From assembly GCA_963845155.1 (NCBI GenBank), contig CAWJRB010000011.1, positions 40,234-104,233 of the forward strand: a DNA stretch of 64,000 nt, given 5' to 3'. Below the pieces are notes generated by a model, which did no database searches, was not told where the DNA came from, and saw only the letters and a list, made by a program, of their open reading frames with translations. Each line of letters begins with the position of its first letter. Within the stretch, counting starts at the first letter, position 1. The position numbers and the translations under genes are program-made. Positions 21,449 through 34,700 of this stretch are shown piece after piece. The stretch comes from an uncultured Flavobacteriaceae bacterium (GTDB lineage Bacteria > Bacteroidota > Bacteroidia > Flavobacteriales > Flavobacteriaceae).

Positions 21449-24400
21449 ATGAAATTTAACTTACTCAAACAATTATTGTTTGTGTGCATTATGCTATTCA
21501 CTGGCGTGATGTTTTCTCAAACAGTTAGTGGAACAGTAACTGGTGAAGAGGGGCCTTTGCCGGGTGTTAACGTAATTGTCAAAGGTACGTCGAACGGTGC
21601 TTCCACCGATTTCGACGGGAATTATACCATTGACAATGTGGGTTCAGAAGCCATATTGGAATTCAGTTCCTTAGGCTACACAACCCAGGAGATTGTAGTC
21701 GGTAATCAGACCACGATCGACGTGTTTCTGGAAGGTGATGCCCAAGCGCTTGACGAAGTTGTCGTCATCGGTTACGGTACAACCACTGTAAGAGATGCGA
21801 CGGGATCCGTTGCCGCTGTTACCTCAGATGACTTCAACACAGGGGCGATCGCTTCTGCTGAGCAGTTGATCCAGGGTAAAGTAGCGGGGGTTCAGACGGT
21901 ACAATCCAGTGGTGAGCCGGGTGCCGGTATTGCCATCCGAATTCGTGGTACGAACTCAATCCGTTCGAACAACGATCCACTTTATGTCGTGGATGGAGTG
22001 CCGCTGTCAGGGGCTGCTCCACCAGAAGGCGTGGATGTGGGATTTGGATCTAGTACATCCAGTAACCCGTTGAGCTTCCTGAACCCAAATGACATTGAAA
22101 GCATCTCCGTTTTGAAGGATGCATCGGCAACCGCGATCTACGGATCAAGGGGTGCCAATGGTGTCGTGATTATCACGACAAAAAGTGGTAAAGGAAGACA
22201 AGGAGGACAATTTGAATTAAATGCGGGATTGAGTTATTCAACACCTGCCAATGAGTATAACTTGTTGGGCCCTGAAGCCTTTCTCAATGCTGTTGAGCAA
22301 TTTGGAGGAAGCAGAACAGAGCAGGACTTTGGAAATGCCACAGATTGGCAAGATGTCGTTACGAGAAATTCATTCTCCTATGACACGAGTCTTTCCTACA
22401 ACTACAACTACGCTACCGGATCGATCCGCGGTACTTTTAGTTACCAGGATCTGCAGGGGGTGCTTGAAAATTCAGGTCTTCAAAGAACTACGGGTCGTAT
22501 CAACTGGTTCCAGCGCTTGGTTGACGATCGCTTGAACCTTAGTGTCCAATCGACTCTTTCCAATGTGAACGAAGAACAACCCGCCCTTTCGGGTAGTGCA
22601 GGATTCCAAGGAGACCTTTTGGGAGCTGCTTATTCAGCCAACCCGACCTGGTCGAGCGACCCGGATGAAGTGGTTGGTGGTCAGATCAATCCGGCCAACA
22701 TGTTAAAATATACCCAGAGTTTTACGGATACAGACCGTATTCTTATCAATTTCTCAGCCGACTATGCTTTTATTAGAACGGACACAGACAAATTGGTCGG
22801 TAAATTAACGTTGGGTTATGATCAATCGAATTCACTGAGAGAATCAGCGACATCACGTGCGTCGCAGAACCTGGGTCGAGGTACTCAAGGAAATGGTCTT
22901 GGAGCGATTCAAGACAATGAATTTTCCAGCAAACTGATGGAATTGACGCTGACCTGGGACAAAGACTGGGACAATTCAACATTGAACCTCTTGGGTGGTT
23001 ATTCCTATCAGGATTTCAAGAATGAAGGTTATAACGCTCAAGGTTGGGGTTACAATACCGACAACATGAATCAGATGGCAAATGATCTCGGATCTACTGT
23101 CCGTTCAATTGAATCACTACTCAGGGGAACCGGCTCGTATCAGCAGTTCGGTTATTCTGAACCAGGAGGAACGTCATTTGTGAATCGCTTGTTTCCGGAC
23201 CCATCATCAGGACCGCTGGCCGGATTTGCAGATACCAACATCAGATCCATGTGGAGCGATTACTACAACAACACGGATGAACTGCAATCTTTCTTTGCGA
23301 GAGGTAACTATACGCTGAGAAATAAATATTTGTTCACCGCGACGGTCAGAGCCGACGGTTCGTCAAGATTTGGATCGGACAACCAATACGGTGTATTCCC
23401 ATCTGCGGCTTTTGCCTGGAAGATGAATGAAGAGAATTTCATCGGAGACAAAATCTCTACTTTGAAAGCGAGATTGAGCTGGGGTATCACGGGTAACCAG
23501 GAAGGACTGGGATATGGAAACTTTATTCGTAGAGAGCGTTATGCAGGACCCGGTATCCAGGACAATGGAAACATTGACACCCCAGGATTGAGTGCTGTGG
23601 CCTTTGCAAACCCCGACTTACAGTGGGAGGAAACTACTGCCTATGGTTTTGGAGTTGACTTCGGTCTGGCTGCAGATCGATTGACGGCTACTTTTGATGT
23701 TTACTATTCAGAAACAACAAACCTGTTGTTGAGAGTTGAGGCTGCACAGCCTTCTCCACAGCCTTTCTTCTTCCAGAACCTGGATGCACTTGTGATCAAC
23801 CAGGGAGTTGAATTCACTGTTAACTACGACTTCTTGATCAACAATTCAGATTGGGATTGGAATGCGAGTTTCAACATCTCGTACAACGAAAATGAGATCC
23901 GGGATTTTGCGGGTCAGATTCCAGCAGGAACAATTCGTGGACAAGGTCTTTCACAGGCTTATGCACAAATACTTGCTCAGGATCAACCACTGTTCTCTTA
24001 CTTCTTAAGAGAGTTTGAAGGCTTTGATGAAAACGGACAGCCGATCGGTGACAACCAGACTTTTGTTGGTGAGAGTGCTTTGCCGACGACCAACTACGGT
24101 TTTAACACGAATGTTCGCTACAAGAACTGGGATCTGAACATGTTCTTCACGGGTCAGTCTGGATTCTCTGTTTACAACAACACGGCTAACGCGTTTTTTA
24201 CTGCCGGATCGATTGCAAATGCGAGAAACGTGACACCTGATGTATTGACAAGCGGAGAGGCTGGTAATGCAGAAGCTGCGGTTTCCACAAGATTTCTGGA
24301 GGATGGTACTTTCTTCAGATTTCAGAACTTTACTTTAGGGTATAATTTCAACCTGAGTGACAACAGTGGTCTTGATAAAGTTAGATTGACTTTAACAGGT

Positions 24401-24562
24401 CAGAATATATTTCTCATCACAGATTACTCCGGTTTGGATCCTGAAATAAGCACGAATCCGGCTGGTGGTGATTTGTTGAATAATTTGCCAACGGCTGGTA
24501 TCGACTATACATCATACCCTAGACCAAGGGTGTTCACCTTAGGAGTAAATCTAGTATTTTAA
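21449..24562 (+). CDS. susC: SusC/RagA TonB-dependent transporter (module 1)
   Basis: N-terminal CarboxypepD_reg domain, LDEVVVIGYG, IRIRG, PLYVVDG, LKDASATAIYGSRGANGV, DYSGLDPE, YPRPR, terminal F. Confidence 0.95.
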   Translation: MKFNLLKQLLFVCIMLFTGVMFSQTVSGTVTGEEGPLPGVNVIVKGTSNGASTDFDGNYTIDNVGSEAILEFSSLGYTTQEIVVGNQTTIDVFLEGDAQALDEVVVIGYGTTTVRDATGSVAAVTSDDFNTGAIASAEQLIQGKVAGVQTVQSSGEPGAGIAIRIRGTNSIRSNNDPLYVVDGVPLSGAAPPEGVDVGFGSSTSSNPLSFLNPNDIESISVLKDASATAIYGSRGANGVVIITTKSGKGRQGGQFELNAGLSYSTPANEYNLLGPEAFLNAVEQFGGSRTEQDFGNATDWQDVVTRNSFSYDTSLSYNYNYATGSIRGTFSYQDLQGVLENSGLQRTTGRINWFQRLVDDRLNLSVQSTLSNVNEEQPALSGSAGFQGDLLGAAYSANPTWSSDPDEVVGGQINPANMLKYTQSFTDTDRILINFSADYAFIRTDTDKLVGKLTLGYDQSNSLRESATSRASQNLGRGTQGNGLGAIQDNEFSSKLMELTLTWDKDWDNSTLNLLGGYSYQDFKNEGYNAQGWGYNTDNMNQMANDLGSTVRSIESLLRGTGSYQQFGYSEPGGTSFVNRLFPDPSSGPLAGFADTNIRSMWSDYYNNTDELQSFFARGNYTLRNKYLFTATVRADGSSRFGSDNQYGVFPSAAFAWKMNEENFIGDKISTLKARLSWGITGNQEGLGYGNFIRRERYAGPGIQDNGNIDTPGLSAVAFANPDLQWEETTAYGFGVDFGLAADRLTATFDVYYSETTNLLLRVEAAQPSPQPFFFQNLDALVINQGVEFTVNYDFLINNSDWDWNASFNISYNENEIRDFAGQIPAGTIRGQGLSQAYAQILAQDQPLFSYFLREFEGFDENGQPIGDNQTFVGESALPTTNYGFNTNVRYKNWDLNMFFTGQSGFSVYNNTANAFFTAGSIANARNVTPDVLTSGEAGNAEAAVSTRFLEDGTFFRFQNFTLGYNFNLSDNSGLDKVRLTLTGQNIFLITDYSGLDPEISTNPAGGDLLNNLPTAGIDYTSYPRPRVFTLGVNLVF

Positions 24563-24575
24563 AAAAAATTAAGTC

Positions 24576-26145
24576 ATGAAAATTATGTTTAAAAACCAAT
24601 TAAAAAGAATCGGATCACTGGCCTTAATGAGTGCTGTTCTTTTAGTTTCCTGTACGGATTTGGAAATTAAGGAAACTGATTCTATCTTCTCTGAAAGTGG
24701 AGATGGGTTTAATGGGGTGGCAGACCCGGAAGGGGCGCTTCAGGCATTGAATAATAATATGCGAGGTCACCTTGAAGGGCAAGAAAATCTTTTCGCCCTT
24801 GCTGAGGTTTCAACCGATGAAACCTTTGTACCCACAAGAGGTACAGACTGGGGTGACAACGGTATCTGGAGGGTATTGCACCAACACACATGGTCTCCTT
24901 CACACCAGTATGTCCTCAATGCTTGGAACCAGTGGAACCAGAATATCTTTAACGCTTCTGAAATTATCGATCCGCGTTCAAACGCTTCTTCGGAAGTTGT
25001 TGCCGAGGCGAAGTTCCTCAGAGCATTCTCTATGTTCTGGATCATGGACCTTTACGGACAGGTTCCGTTTAGGGAGCCCGATGAGGTCCTGAAATTGAGC
25101 CAAGAGTATTGTCAAGAGTTGAAGCCTATGATTTGATACTTCAGGATCTTGATGACGCTATCCAAGGTCTTCCAGCTGGAGGAGCCAACAACAATGATCT
25201 CAATCGTTTTGCAACAAAGGCTTCTGCACGTTTCCTTCAAGCCAGAGTACTTTTGAATTCTGGAGTATACAGCGGAAGCGGAACTCCGGATGGTGCTGCT
25301 CTTGACCAGGTAATCGCTCTTGTAGATGCAATTCCGATGACGGCTATGGGCTGCAAGAAGGCTATTTTGAAATTTTTATGGACAGCCCGGATAGCGAAAC
25401 CATTTGGTGGGTTAGCGCCGGAGTTGGTAACAGAATGTGGAACGGTCTTCACTACAACCAATCACACCCGGACAATGAGGGTGGAGGTTGGAACGGATTC
25501 TCCACTCTGGCCGAATTCTATGACCTTTTCGAAGGTCCTCCGAACTCAAATTATGAGGGTGACGGCCAGGAAGAACGAAGAGGCTTTGTAGTTGATCCAA
25601 GCAATGCTGCCCCTGACAACTACGGTTTCGGTTATGGAATGCAGATTGGTCAAATGTACAATGGTGCAGGAGAACCGCTTACCGATCGTGCAGCGAATCC
25701 TTTGGTTTTCACCAGAGAATTGCCGGGACTTGTCGGTAACAATGAGCGTACAGGAATTCGTACCCTTAAATACTCACCGAGAAACGGAGCGTTCACAGGA
25801 CACCAGATTATCTTCCGATATGCTGATGCGCATCTGATGAAGGCAGAAGCCTATTTATGGAAAGGTCAGGACGGTATGGCCCTGGATATGGTCAATGAGT
25901 TGAGAGCGATTCGCGACGCGGATCCACTCCCATCCATTAGCACTGAGATCATGCTGGACGAACGAGCCAGAGAATTGTATCACGAGTTTGTCCGTCGTAC
26001 GGATATGATCCGCTTCGGATTGTTCACCCGTGACTGGGAGTTCAAAGAGCCAGGCTCTGTAGGAGACGTGAACAAGAATTTGTTCCCGATTCCATCAAAC
26101 GCCTTGCTATCGAATTCAAACCTGGTACAGAACCCAGGATATTAA
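24576..26145 (+). CDS. susD: SusD/RagB lipoprotein, split by two frameshifts (about 25087 and 25336)
   Basis: Lipobox LVSC; EAKFLRA, RYADAHLMKAEA, LDERARELY.E..RRTDMIRFG and QNPGY distributed over ORFs 24576-25136, 25109-25591 and 25378-26145. Confidence 0.88.
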
Positions 26146-26162
26146 GATTAAGTTTAAAAGTT

Positions 26163-26194
26163 AAAAAAGGCTTCCTTTACGGGAAGCCTTTTTT
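26163..26194. terminator. Bidirectional terminator between convergent susD and the response regulator
   Basis: AAAAAAGGCTTCC-loop-GGAAGCCTTTTTT. Confidence 0.88.
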
Positions 26195-26214
26195 ATTTGC
26201 ATATGTTTCATGTT

Positions 26215-26921
26215 TCACTGCACTCTGAGAACAAAGCCCTGATTATGCACATTCTCTATCCTTAAGGAAGGATCTTTTGAAAGGTACTTTCTCAAATGGG
26301 ACACGAACACATTTAGGCTTTTTTTTGTAAAAAAATCATTCTTGCCCCAAAGCGTATTGAGTATTTCCTTGTGTGAGCACAGCTCGTTCTTGTTTCGCAG
26401 GAGCATCTCCAGAAGACCTGCCTCCCTTTGCGTAAGTTTTTGAACCGTGCCATCTTTAAAACGCAGTTCATCCAGGTCAGAATCGAAAATATACTCTCCT
26501 AACTGGCTTTCTTTTTTACTGCCCTCTCTCTGACTATTCCCTGCGGGAGACAATCTCATAAGCAAGCTGTTCAGTCGCACCACAACTCTTCCTCATCTAT
26601 GGGTTTTTTCAAATAATCAACTGCCCCGAGGGAAAAGCCCTTGAGCACATCAATTTTCATGGATCGAGAAGTCAAAAACATAAATGGGATGTCACTGTGC
26701 CGTTCCTGCATCTTTCGAGCCAGCGTGAACCCATCCATTTCAGGCATCATCACATCCAGAACAGCAAGATCGAAGCTTCTCGTATCCATCTCCTTCAAAG
26801 CCTCTTTTCCATTCTTGACCCACTTGACGTCAAAGTCCTTCATGGCCAGGTATTCCGAAAGCAAATAGCCCAGGGACGGATCATCTTCCACGAGCAATAT
26901 GTGTTTGTTTTCAATCATCAT
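26215..26921 (-). CDS. OmpR/PhoB-family response regulator, frameshifted near 26582
   Basis: Receiver (LLVEDD, DVMMP.MDG, GAVDYLKKP) in 26571-26921 and winged helix (LTQRE, LW, V.VSHLRK, GFVL) in 26215-26583. Confidence 0.88.
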
Positions 26922-26959
26922 TTTTCATTGTGGTACTTAGCGACGATTCCAGGCCCACC

Positions 26960-28230
26960 TCATGTTTTACAAAGGGGTAGCGTCATCGTAAAGGTCGAGC
27001 CAATGCCTTCCTCACTTAAAACATCAATTCTTCCTTTGTGTAAATTTACGATTCGTTTTACATAGTGCAACCCCAAACCGTATCCTTTGACGTCATGTCG
27101 GTCCCCATTGGGAACCCTGAAGTACTTGTCAAAGATCTTTTTCTGACTTTCTTTGGATATTCCGATTCCCGTATCGGATACTTGAATTCGCACCTGATTC
27201 TTCTCCTTCGAGGCCCTCAACCTGATATCGACCGGGTCCTTCGAATACTTTTCGCATTCTCAAGCAAACTGTTGATTGCATTGTCGATATGGTATTTATC
27301 TCCTTTAATCAGATACGATGAATTACCCAAATCCATATGAAATTTCCCGCCTTCCAGCTTCACAAGACTGCCAAAATCCGAACCGATTCGGATAAGAAGC
27401 GGGCAAAGGTCGAACCTTTCGATTTCCAGAACCTCCTTTTTTCCTTCGATAATGGCCAATTCCAGGACCTTGTCGATCTGATTCTTCATTTTATCTAATT
27501 GGGAGCGCATCAAACCCACTACTTCTTTACCCTCTCCATCTATTTTCCCTTCCAGGATTTTGGTAGCCACTCCCATTGAAAACACCGGGGTCTTCAATTC
27601 GTGTGTCAGGTTGTTGATGAATTCATTCGTGCTTGTAATCAGGTTTTTCTGAAGGTAAAATGCCCTGAACACCCAGATTAGAATCGATATGATGATCAGG
27701 ATAAAGATCAGGCTTGGTATAGTGAGCCCATTGAGTTGGGAGAGAAAATAGCGATTGACGTTTTTAAATCGCACCTCCAGAATCAGATTTTTATTCACAG
27801 TTTCTACCAAATATCCCTTGAGAGCCATTGGGTAGCTCAACACCTCGTCGGATATATCAAACTGTTCAGAGGATTGCAAAAACACATCAGAATCCCTGAC
27901 ATAAAGCTCATAGGAGTAATCTGCTTTTATGCCGTGTTCGGCAAGGGAGGATTTTATAAAATCATTTAGAAAGTATTCCGAGGCGTCCCTGATGCTGTCC
28001 ATGCTCAATTTAAAATTCTCTTTCTCACCGGAAATTGAAGTTGCCACGAGATAAGTCAATTCGTTTCTATCGCTGAGCTCCTCTTTCATTTCTGCCATGG
28101 CTTCTGTCATATTCTTGTCAAACTGAAGACCCGCAAGGTTCAAACCTATTCTGAAATATTGATATTGAACGACAGATAGGCCAATTATGGAGATGATAAA
28201 AAGACTGATATAGAGATATTTCTTGACCAT
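26960..28230 (-). CDS. Sensor histidine kinase (2 TM, HisKA, HATPase), frameshifted near 27250
   Basis: NNLTHELKTP H-box and N-box NSLLENA; D/F/G boxes (SDTGIGI, IFDKYFR, GYGLGL) in the 26960-27220 frame; break at an A-run. Confidence 0.88.
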
Positions 28231-28261
28231 GATGTCGGAAACAGCCCAAGACCAGAGTTCG

Positions 28262-28321
28262 TTAATCTTTCATTAATCTTTTTAACTTTTGATTAATTCT
28301 TTTAAACTCTGCTTAGCGCTT
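28262..28321. repeat. Three tandem imperfect 20-bp units carrying TTAA half-sites; likely response-regulator binding array
   Basis: TTAATCTTTCATTAATCTTT / TTAACTTTTGATTAATTCTT / TTAAACTCTGCTTAGCGCTT; TTA at 28262, 28273, 28282, 28293, 28302 and 28313. Confidence 0.55.
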
Positions 28322-28448
28322 GAACACTTAATAATGTCCTAATTTAGCAGAAATTTCATAATTAAATTAATTGTTTCGTCATAATAAAGCTGACCTCTCC
28401 GGCCAGCTTTTTTATTTCCTTCAAAACAGACAAAACGCATTGGTAGAA

Positions 28449-31400
28449 ATGTCCTTGAAAATACGCTTTCATATTCTTTCCACCCTGGTTTTCATGATAC
28501 CGATGAGTTTTGCTTCTTGCGATGCCGAACTGGCTCAAGAAAAAGATCGCGAATCAAAGAATGAGGAAAAGCTATTTCAGCTGATCGATGATTCCGGTAT
28601 CGAATTCAATAACACACTCAGTCCAACAGCTGAACTCAACATCCTCACCTACCTCTATTACTACGACGGAGGTGGTGTAGCAACTGGAGATCTAAATAAT
28701 GACGGCCTGGTCGATCTCTATTTCACCGGTAACCAGGTTGCTGATCACGTGTATTTGAATCAAGGGAATCTGAAATTCATGGGAGATCTCCAAAGAGGCC
28801 GGCATTGAGAATGCCTCAGGCTGGACCACAGGCGTAAGCATGGTTGATATTAACAACGATGGTCTTCTCGACATTTATGTTTGCAAAATAGGTAAATACA
28901 AAGGCATCGAAGGTGTTAATCGTCTCTTCATCAACCAGGGCATCAATGAAAAGGGGATTCCCCAATTTAAAGATGAAGCAGCCTCATACGGCCTGGACAT
29001 TCAAACCTTCAGCACACAGGCCGCATTTTTCGACTACGATCTGGATCAGGATCTCGACATGTTCCTGCTCAACCACTCAGTGAATCCCAACCGAACCTAC
29101 GGCAAGGGAAGGCTGAGAATGAAGCCGGATTCTCTCGCTGGTGACCGTTTGATGAGAAATGACGGGGGAAAATTCAAGGATGTCAGCGTCGAGGCTGGCA
29201 TTTTTCAAGGAAAAATCGGCTACGGTCTCGGATTGGGAATCGGGGACCTCAACAATGACGGATATCCCGACATCTACATCGGCAATGACTTTTTTGAGAA
29301 TGATTACCTGTATCTGAACCAAAGAGATGGAACCTTCAGCGAAGTCATTACCGCAGATGAAACCACGCTGGGTCACACCACACACGCCTCCATGGGCAAT
29401 GACCTGGCCGACTTCAACAATGATGGCTGGATCGATATTATCTCGCTCGACATGCTCCCGCGTGAATTGAAGGCCTACAAAATGTCCGGGCAGGAATACA
29501 GCAACCAGATCTATAATCAGTATCTGAAAAACGGTTATAGACCTCAATACACCCAGAACACACTTCATTTGAATAATGCAGGCAGTTATTTTAATGAGAC
29601 GGCCTATGCCGCTGGAATTGCAGCAACCGACTGGTCTTGGAGTCCTTTGCTGGTCGATCTCGACAATGACGGACACAAAGACATTTTCATATGCAACGGA
29701 ATCCTGGGCGCGACCAATGACATGGACTTTATCAGTTTCATCGCCAATGACAAGATTCAAAGCCGCATTGACCGCGGAATGGAGGAGCAGGATTTGGAAT
29801 TGACCAAAGACCTGCCAGAACGAAAATTACCCAATCATATTTTCAGGAACAAAGGCGATTTGACTTTTGAGGATGTCACGGATGATTGGTATGAGGAAAT
29901 CCCGAGTTTCAGCAATGGCGCCAGCTATGCGGATCTGGACAACGATGGTGACCTCGACCTGATCGTCAACAATGTAAATTCCAAAGCTTATATCCTGGAA
30001 AACAGAACGAATTCTTTCACAGACAACAAGCACCTGGCAATATCGTTCGAAGGCCCTGTTGGCAACCGTTCGGGAATCGGAACTCGTGTTCAGGTCTACG
30101 CCGACAGTGCTGCACTTACCTATGAGAACTATTTGACCCGGGGATATCTTTCATCGGTTTCCCCTACCCTGACCGTTGGAATTGGCATTAAAAATCGAAT
30201 CGATTCGGTAGTGGTCTATTGGCCGGGAGGCAGCACTGAAACGAGAACAAATATTCAAGCCGGAGACGATCTGGTTTTCAGCTTTGAAGATGCACAAAGC
30301 CAAGAAATCACAAGCGACAAACCTGGCAATTTGCTGACAATTGCAAAGCCCGGTTTCGATTGGAGACACCGAGAACCTGAAAGTTACGAATTCGGAAGGG
30401 AACCACTTATCCCCTATTCAAAAGGATCTGAAGGGCCTGGCATGGCTGTCGGAGACGTAAACGGAGATGGGCTTGACGATGCGTACCTCTGCGGGGGCAA
30501 AAAGCAATCGGGCGTTCTTTACCTTCAACAGGCTTCGGGCACCTGGAAAATGGACTCACAACCTGAATTCGAAATGTACGCTGAATCTGAAGAAGTCACT
30601 GCTCTCCTATTCGATGCTGATGGCGATCAGGACCTCGACCTTATCACAGCCTCAGGAGGCAACGAGGCCATGCAGGGGTCTCGATTGGGCCCGATTCTGT
30701 ATTTGAATCATGGAGGTCGTTTTAAAACGGCCACGAATTTTCCACAGATAGAAACAAATGCCTCAGATATTATAGCCGAAGATTTCGACGGCGATGGCGA
30801 TCTGGACCTGATCATTTCTGCTAATGCCCGACCTCAGCAATTTGCAAGGGGGTCAAAGCAAATAGTACTATTTAATGCGGGTAGTGCTGATTTTGAGGAT
30901 GTCAGCGATTCATTTGGAGCTGATCTGCAAGAGATGGGCCTGATCGATGATCTCGAAGTCTGTGATCTCAATGGAGATTCGCGACCGGACCTTGTTGTCG
31001 CCGGGCATTGGTCGCCCATTACAGTTTTTTACAACGACGGAAATAAATTGACAAAGCAAAAGACTCAAAGTCTGGAACAGACCCATGGACTTTGGAACGC
31101 CGTCAAGGTCGTCGATATTGATCGCGATGGCGATCTTGACATCGTGGGTGGTAACTGGGGTTTGAATACCCGACTAAGGGCCAGTTTTTCGCAACCCCTT
31201 AAAGTTTATCTCAAAGACTTTGATAACAATGGAAAAGAAGAGGCCATTGTAACGCTGTATCACGACGGAGTCGAAACCGTTTTTTCTTCCAAAACCGATC
31301 TGGTAAAACAGCTACCCTCTCTTAATAAGAAGTTTCTATCCTATAAAGCATTTGCTGAGGCTACCGTAAGTGAATTGTTTGGGGAAGAAAATCTTATAGC

Positions 31401-31797
31401 TGCGGATCAGAAGGAGGTCTATACGCTCGAACACAGTATTTTTTTGAATGACGGAGCCAATGCTTTTAACAGGTTGAATCTCCCTCATGAAGCACAGCTA
31501 ACATCTGTTAAAATAGTATATTTGCACGATTTTGATAAAGATGGACTGCAGGATATCTTTTTGGCCGGGAACGATTTTAACGTCAACACACAACTCGGCA
31601 GACTCGATGCAGGTCACGGTCTGGTTCTTTTGAACAAAGGAAACGGAAATTTTGAACAATCACCTGAGTACAGACCTGAGATCAGAGGTCAGGCCCGAGC
31701 CATATCGCATATTGATATTGGCACCGAGTCATACCTGCTTATCGGTCGAAACAATGACAGCCCCGTATTACTTAAATCGAACAAAACTCATGAATAA
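28449..31797 (+). CDS. FG-GAP/VCBS-repeat, ASPIC/UnbV (CRTAC1-like) lipoprotein 1, frameshifted near 28782
   Basis: Lipobox FASC; many DxDxDGxxD repeats; central ASPIC/UnbV (GIGTRV, RGYLSS, V.WPGG); extra G in ATGGGAGAT. Confidence 0.85.
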
Positions 31798-34700
31798 GTC
31801 ATCGTTGAAAAGAATCTTTAGTTTCATTTTACTCATCATCGCTGGAGTCATTATAGTCCTTTCCTGCTCAAAGGAAACCCCTAATGAGGAGGCCGTGAAT
31901 GAAGTGGCTAACCCTTTGTTCAGCCTGCTCGATCCCGAAGACTCAGGTTTCGACTTCACCAATGAGGTCGTCAATCAAAAGACCTTCAACATCTTCAAAT
32001 ACCGTAATTTCTACAACGGTGGAGGTGTTGCTATCGGCGATATCAACAATGATGGATTGTCGGATATCTATGTGACGGCCAATATGGGGAAAAACAAGTT
32101 GTTCCTGAACAAGGGAAACATGAAGTTCGAAGATATTTCAGCTCAGGCGGGCATAGAGGGAAACAAACCCTGGTCGACAGGTGTGGCAATGGCCGATATC
32201 AACAATGACGGATTGCTTGACATCTATGTGTCGAACGCAGGTAACCTTGAGGGTAACAACCACGACAATGATCTTTACATCAACAACGGAGACCTGACCT
32301 TTACGGAAAAGGCTGCCGATTACAATCTGGCGAAAACCGGGTTCAGCACCCACGCCAGTTTCTTCGATTACGACAAAGATGGAGATCTTGATGCCTACAT
32401 CCTAAACAACAGCAACATCCCGGTAAGTAGCCTGGGCTATGCTGAGCAACGCGAAGTTAGAGCCCAGGAATGGGAAGGGGTTCCTGAAATCTTTCGAGGT
32501 GTTGGAGACATGCTCCTTGAGAATCGAGATGGGGTCTTTGTCGATGTCAGTGAGGAAGCCGGCATTTATGGAAGCCTCATCGGATTTGGTCTCGGGGTGA
32601 TGATCAGCGACATCAACAGAGATCTGTACCCGGATATTTATATCTCGAATGATTTTTATGAGCGCGACTATCTGTACATCAACAACCAGGATGGAACATT
32701 TACCGAACAGATCAAAGAATGGACCTCCCATCTTAGTCTCTCGGCGATGGGAATAGACATGGCAGACATCAACAACGATGGCTATGCAGACATCTTTATC
32801 ACCGATATGTTGCCTGAAGGGGATCAGCGCGTAAAGTCGGTCATGGAATTCGAAGGGTACAACATCTTCAAATTGAAACAAAGCAAGGATTTCTACCAGC
32901 AATACATTCAAAACACCCTGCAGCTCAACAATGGAAACGGATCATTCTCCGAAATTGCAAATTACAGCGGGGTTGCAGCAACAGACTGGAGCTGGGCCGG
33001 ATTGATCTTTGACATGGACAACGACGGCTACCGCGATATTTTTGTCACCAATGGGGTCAATCACGATCTTACGGATCTGGATTTCGTCGATTTCTTTGCT
33101 AACGAAATCATTCAGAACATGGCTCTGACAGGGCAAAAAGAGACAGTGGATTCTATCATTGATAAGATGCCCGTCAAGCCTCAGCCCAACTATGCCTACA
33201 AAAACAAGCACGACATCACCTTCAGCGATGAAACGATTCCATGGGGCTTTGGCCTGAAGAGTCTCTCAAACGGAGCGGCCTATGGTGACCTGGACAACGA
33301 CGGTGACCTGGACCTGGTGGTCAATAATGTAAACATGCAGTCCTTCCTTTATGAAAACAATTCAGAAAGTCTGACCGATCACAACTATATCAAATTGAAT
33401 TTCAAAGGGGAAGAACCCAATCTGTTCGCTGTAGGGACAACCGTCTGGATCCATAATGACGACTCGGTCATCATGCAGGAATTGATCCCGAGTCGCGGGT
33501 TTCAATCTTCTGTGGATTATGCTATGACCATTGGCTTGGGTGACAAAACAAAGATGGATTCAATCCGGGTAGTATGGCCAGATGACAGAACCCAACTGTT
33601 TACAGAGGTGGCTTCGAATCAAACGCTGGAATTATTACAGTCGAATGCGACTGGTAAATTCATCCCTTTCAAGGATCCCGAACGTAAAAAGGTTTTGAAG
33701 GAGATTCCTAACGACAATTTAATAGTTCATGTTGAAAACACCTATAACGACTTTGATTTTGAGGGACTAATTACAAAAAAACTTTCGGAAGAAGGGCCCG
33801 CCCTGGCAATTGGAGACGTCGATCAGGACGGTAATGATGATGTATTCATCGGTGGTGCCAAAAAACAGACCGGAGTCATTTATCTTCATAAAGGTGAGGG
33901 AAAATTAATCCCCCTGGAACAATCCGCATTTGAGGAGGAGAATTATTACGAAGATACGGCAGCAGCCTTTTTTGATGCAGACAATGACGGAGACCTGGAT
34001 CTGATTGTCGGATCGGGTGGAAACGAGGCCTCTGATGAAAACATCTATCGCGCAAGGCTTTACCTGAACGATGGAAAAGGAAAATTCACGAGTGCGGAAG
34101 AAAGACTGCCAGCAGCCTTCAAGAACATTTCTGTGATTCGGCCCTTTGACTTTGACGCCGATGGGGATGAGGATTTGTTTATTGGATCCCGCAGTGTAGT
34201 CGGAGTATACGGACTCGACCCGAATCATTTGATGTTGGAAAATCTTGGAGACGGCACTTTCAGGGATATCACTGAAACCCGCGCATTTGACCTGAAAGAT
34301 GCGGGTATGATTACTGGAGCAGTATGGTCTGATGTCGATGGAGATGGCAAACAGGATCTGATCACGGTTTCTGACTGGGGTACTCCAAAGATCTTCAAGA
34401 ACAGTGGAAGGCGACTTTCGCAAATGGAATCGGATCTCGACACGTTGCACGGGTGGTGGAATGTGGTTGAAAGTGCAGACCTCGACAATGATGGAGACAT
34501 GGATCTCATCCTGGGGAATCAAGGTTCAAATACCCTGTACAAAGCTTCTACAGAACAACCCATGAAGATTTGGATCAACGATTTTGACAACAACGGCACT
34601 TTTGAACAAATCGTGACCCGCAACCTCGATGGCAAAGACTATCCAATCCATATGAAAAAGGAGCTTACCTCACAGATGGTATCCCTTAAGAAACAGAATT

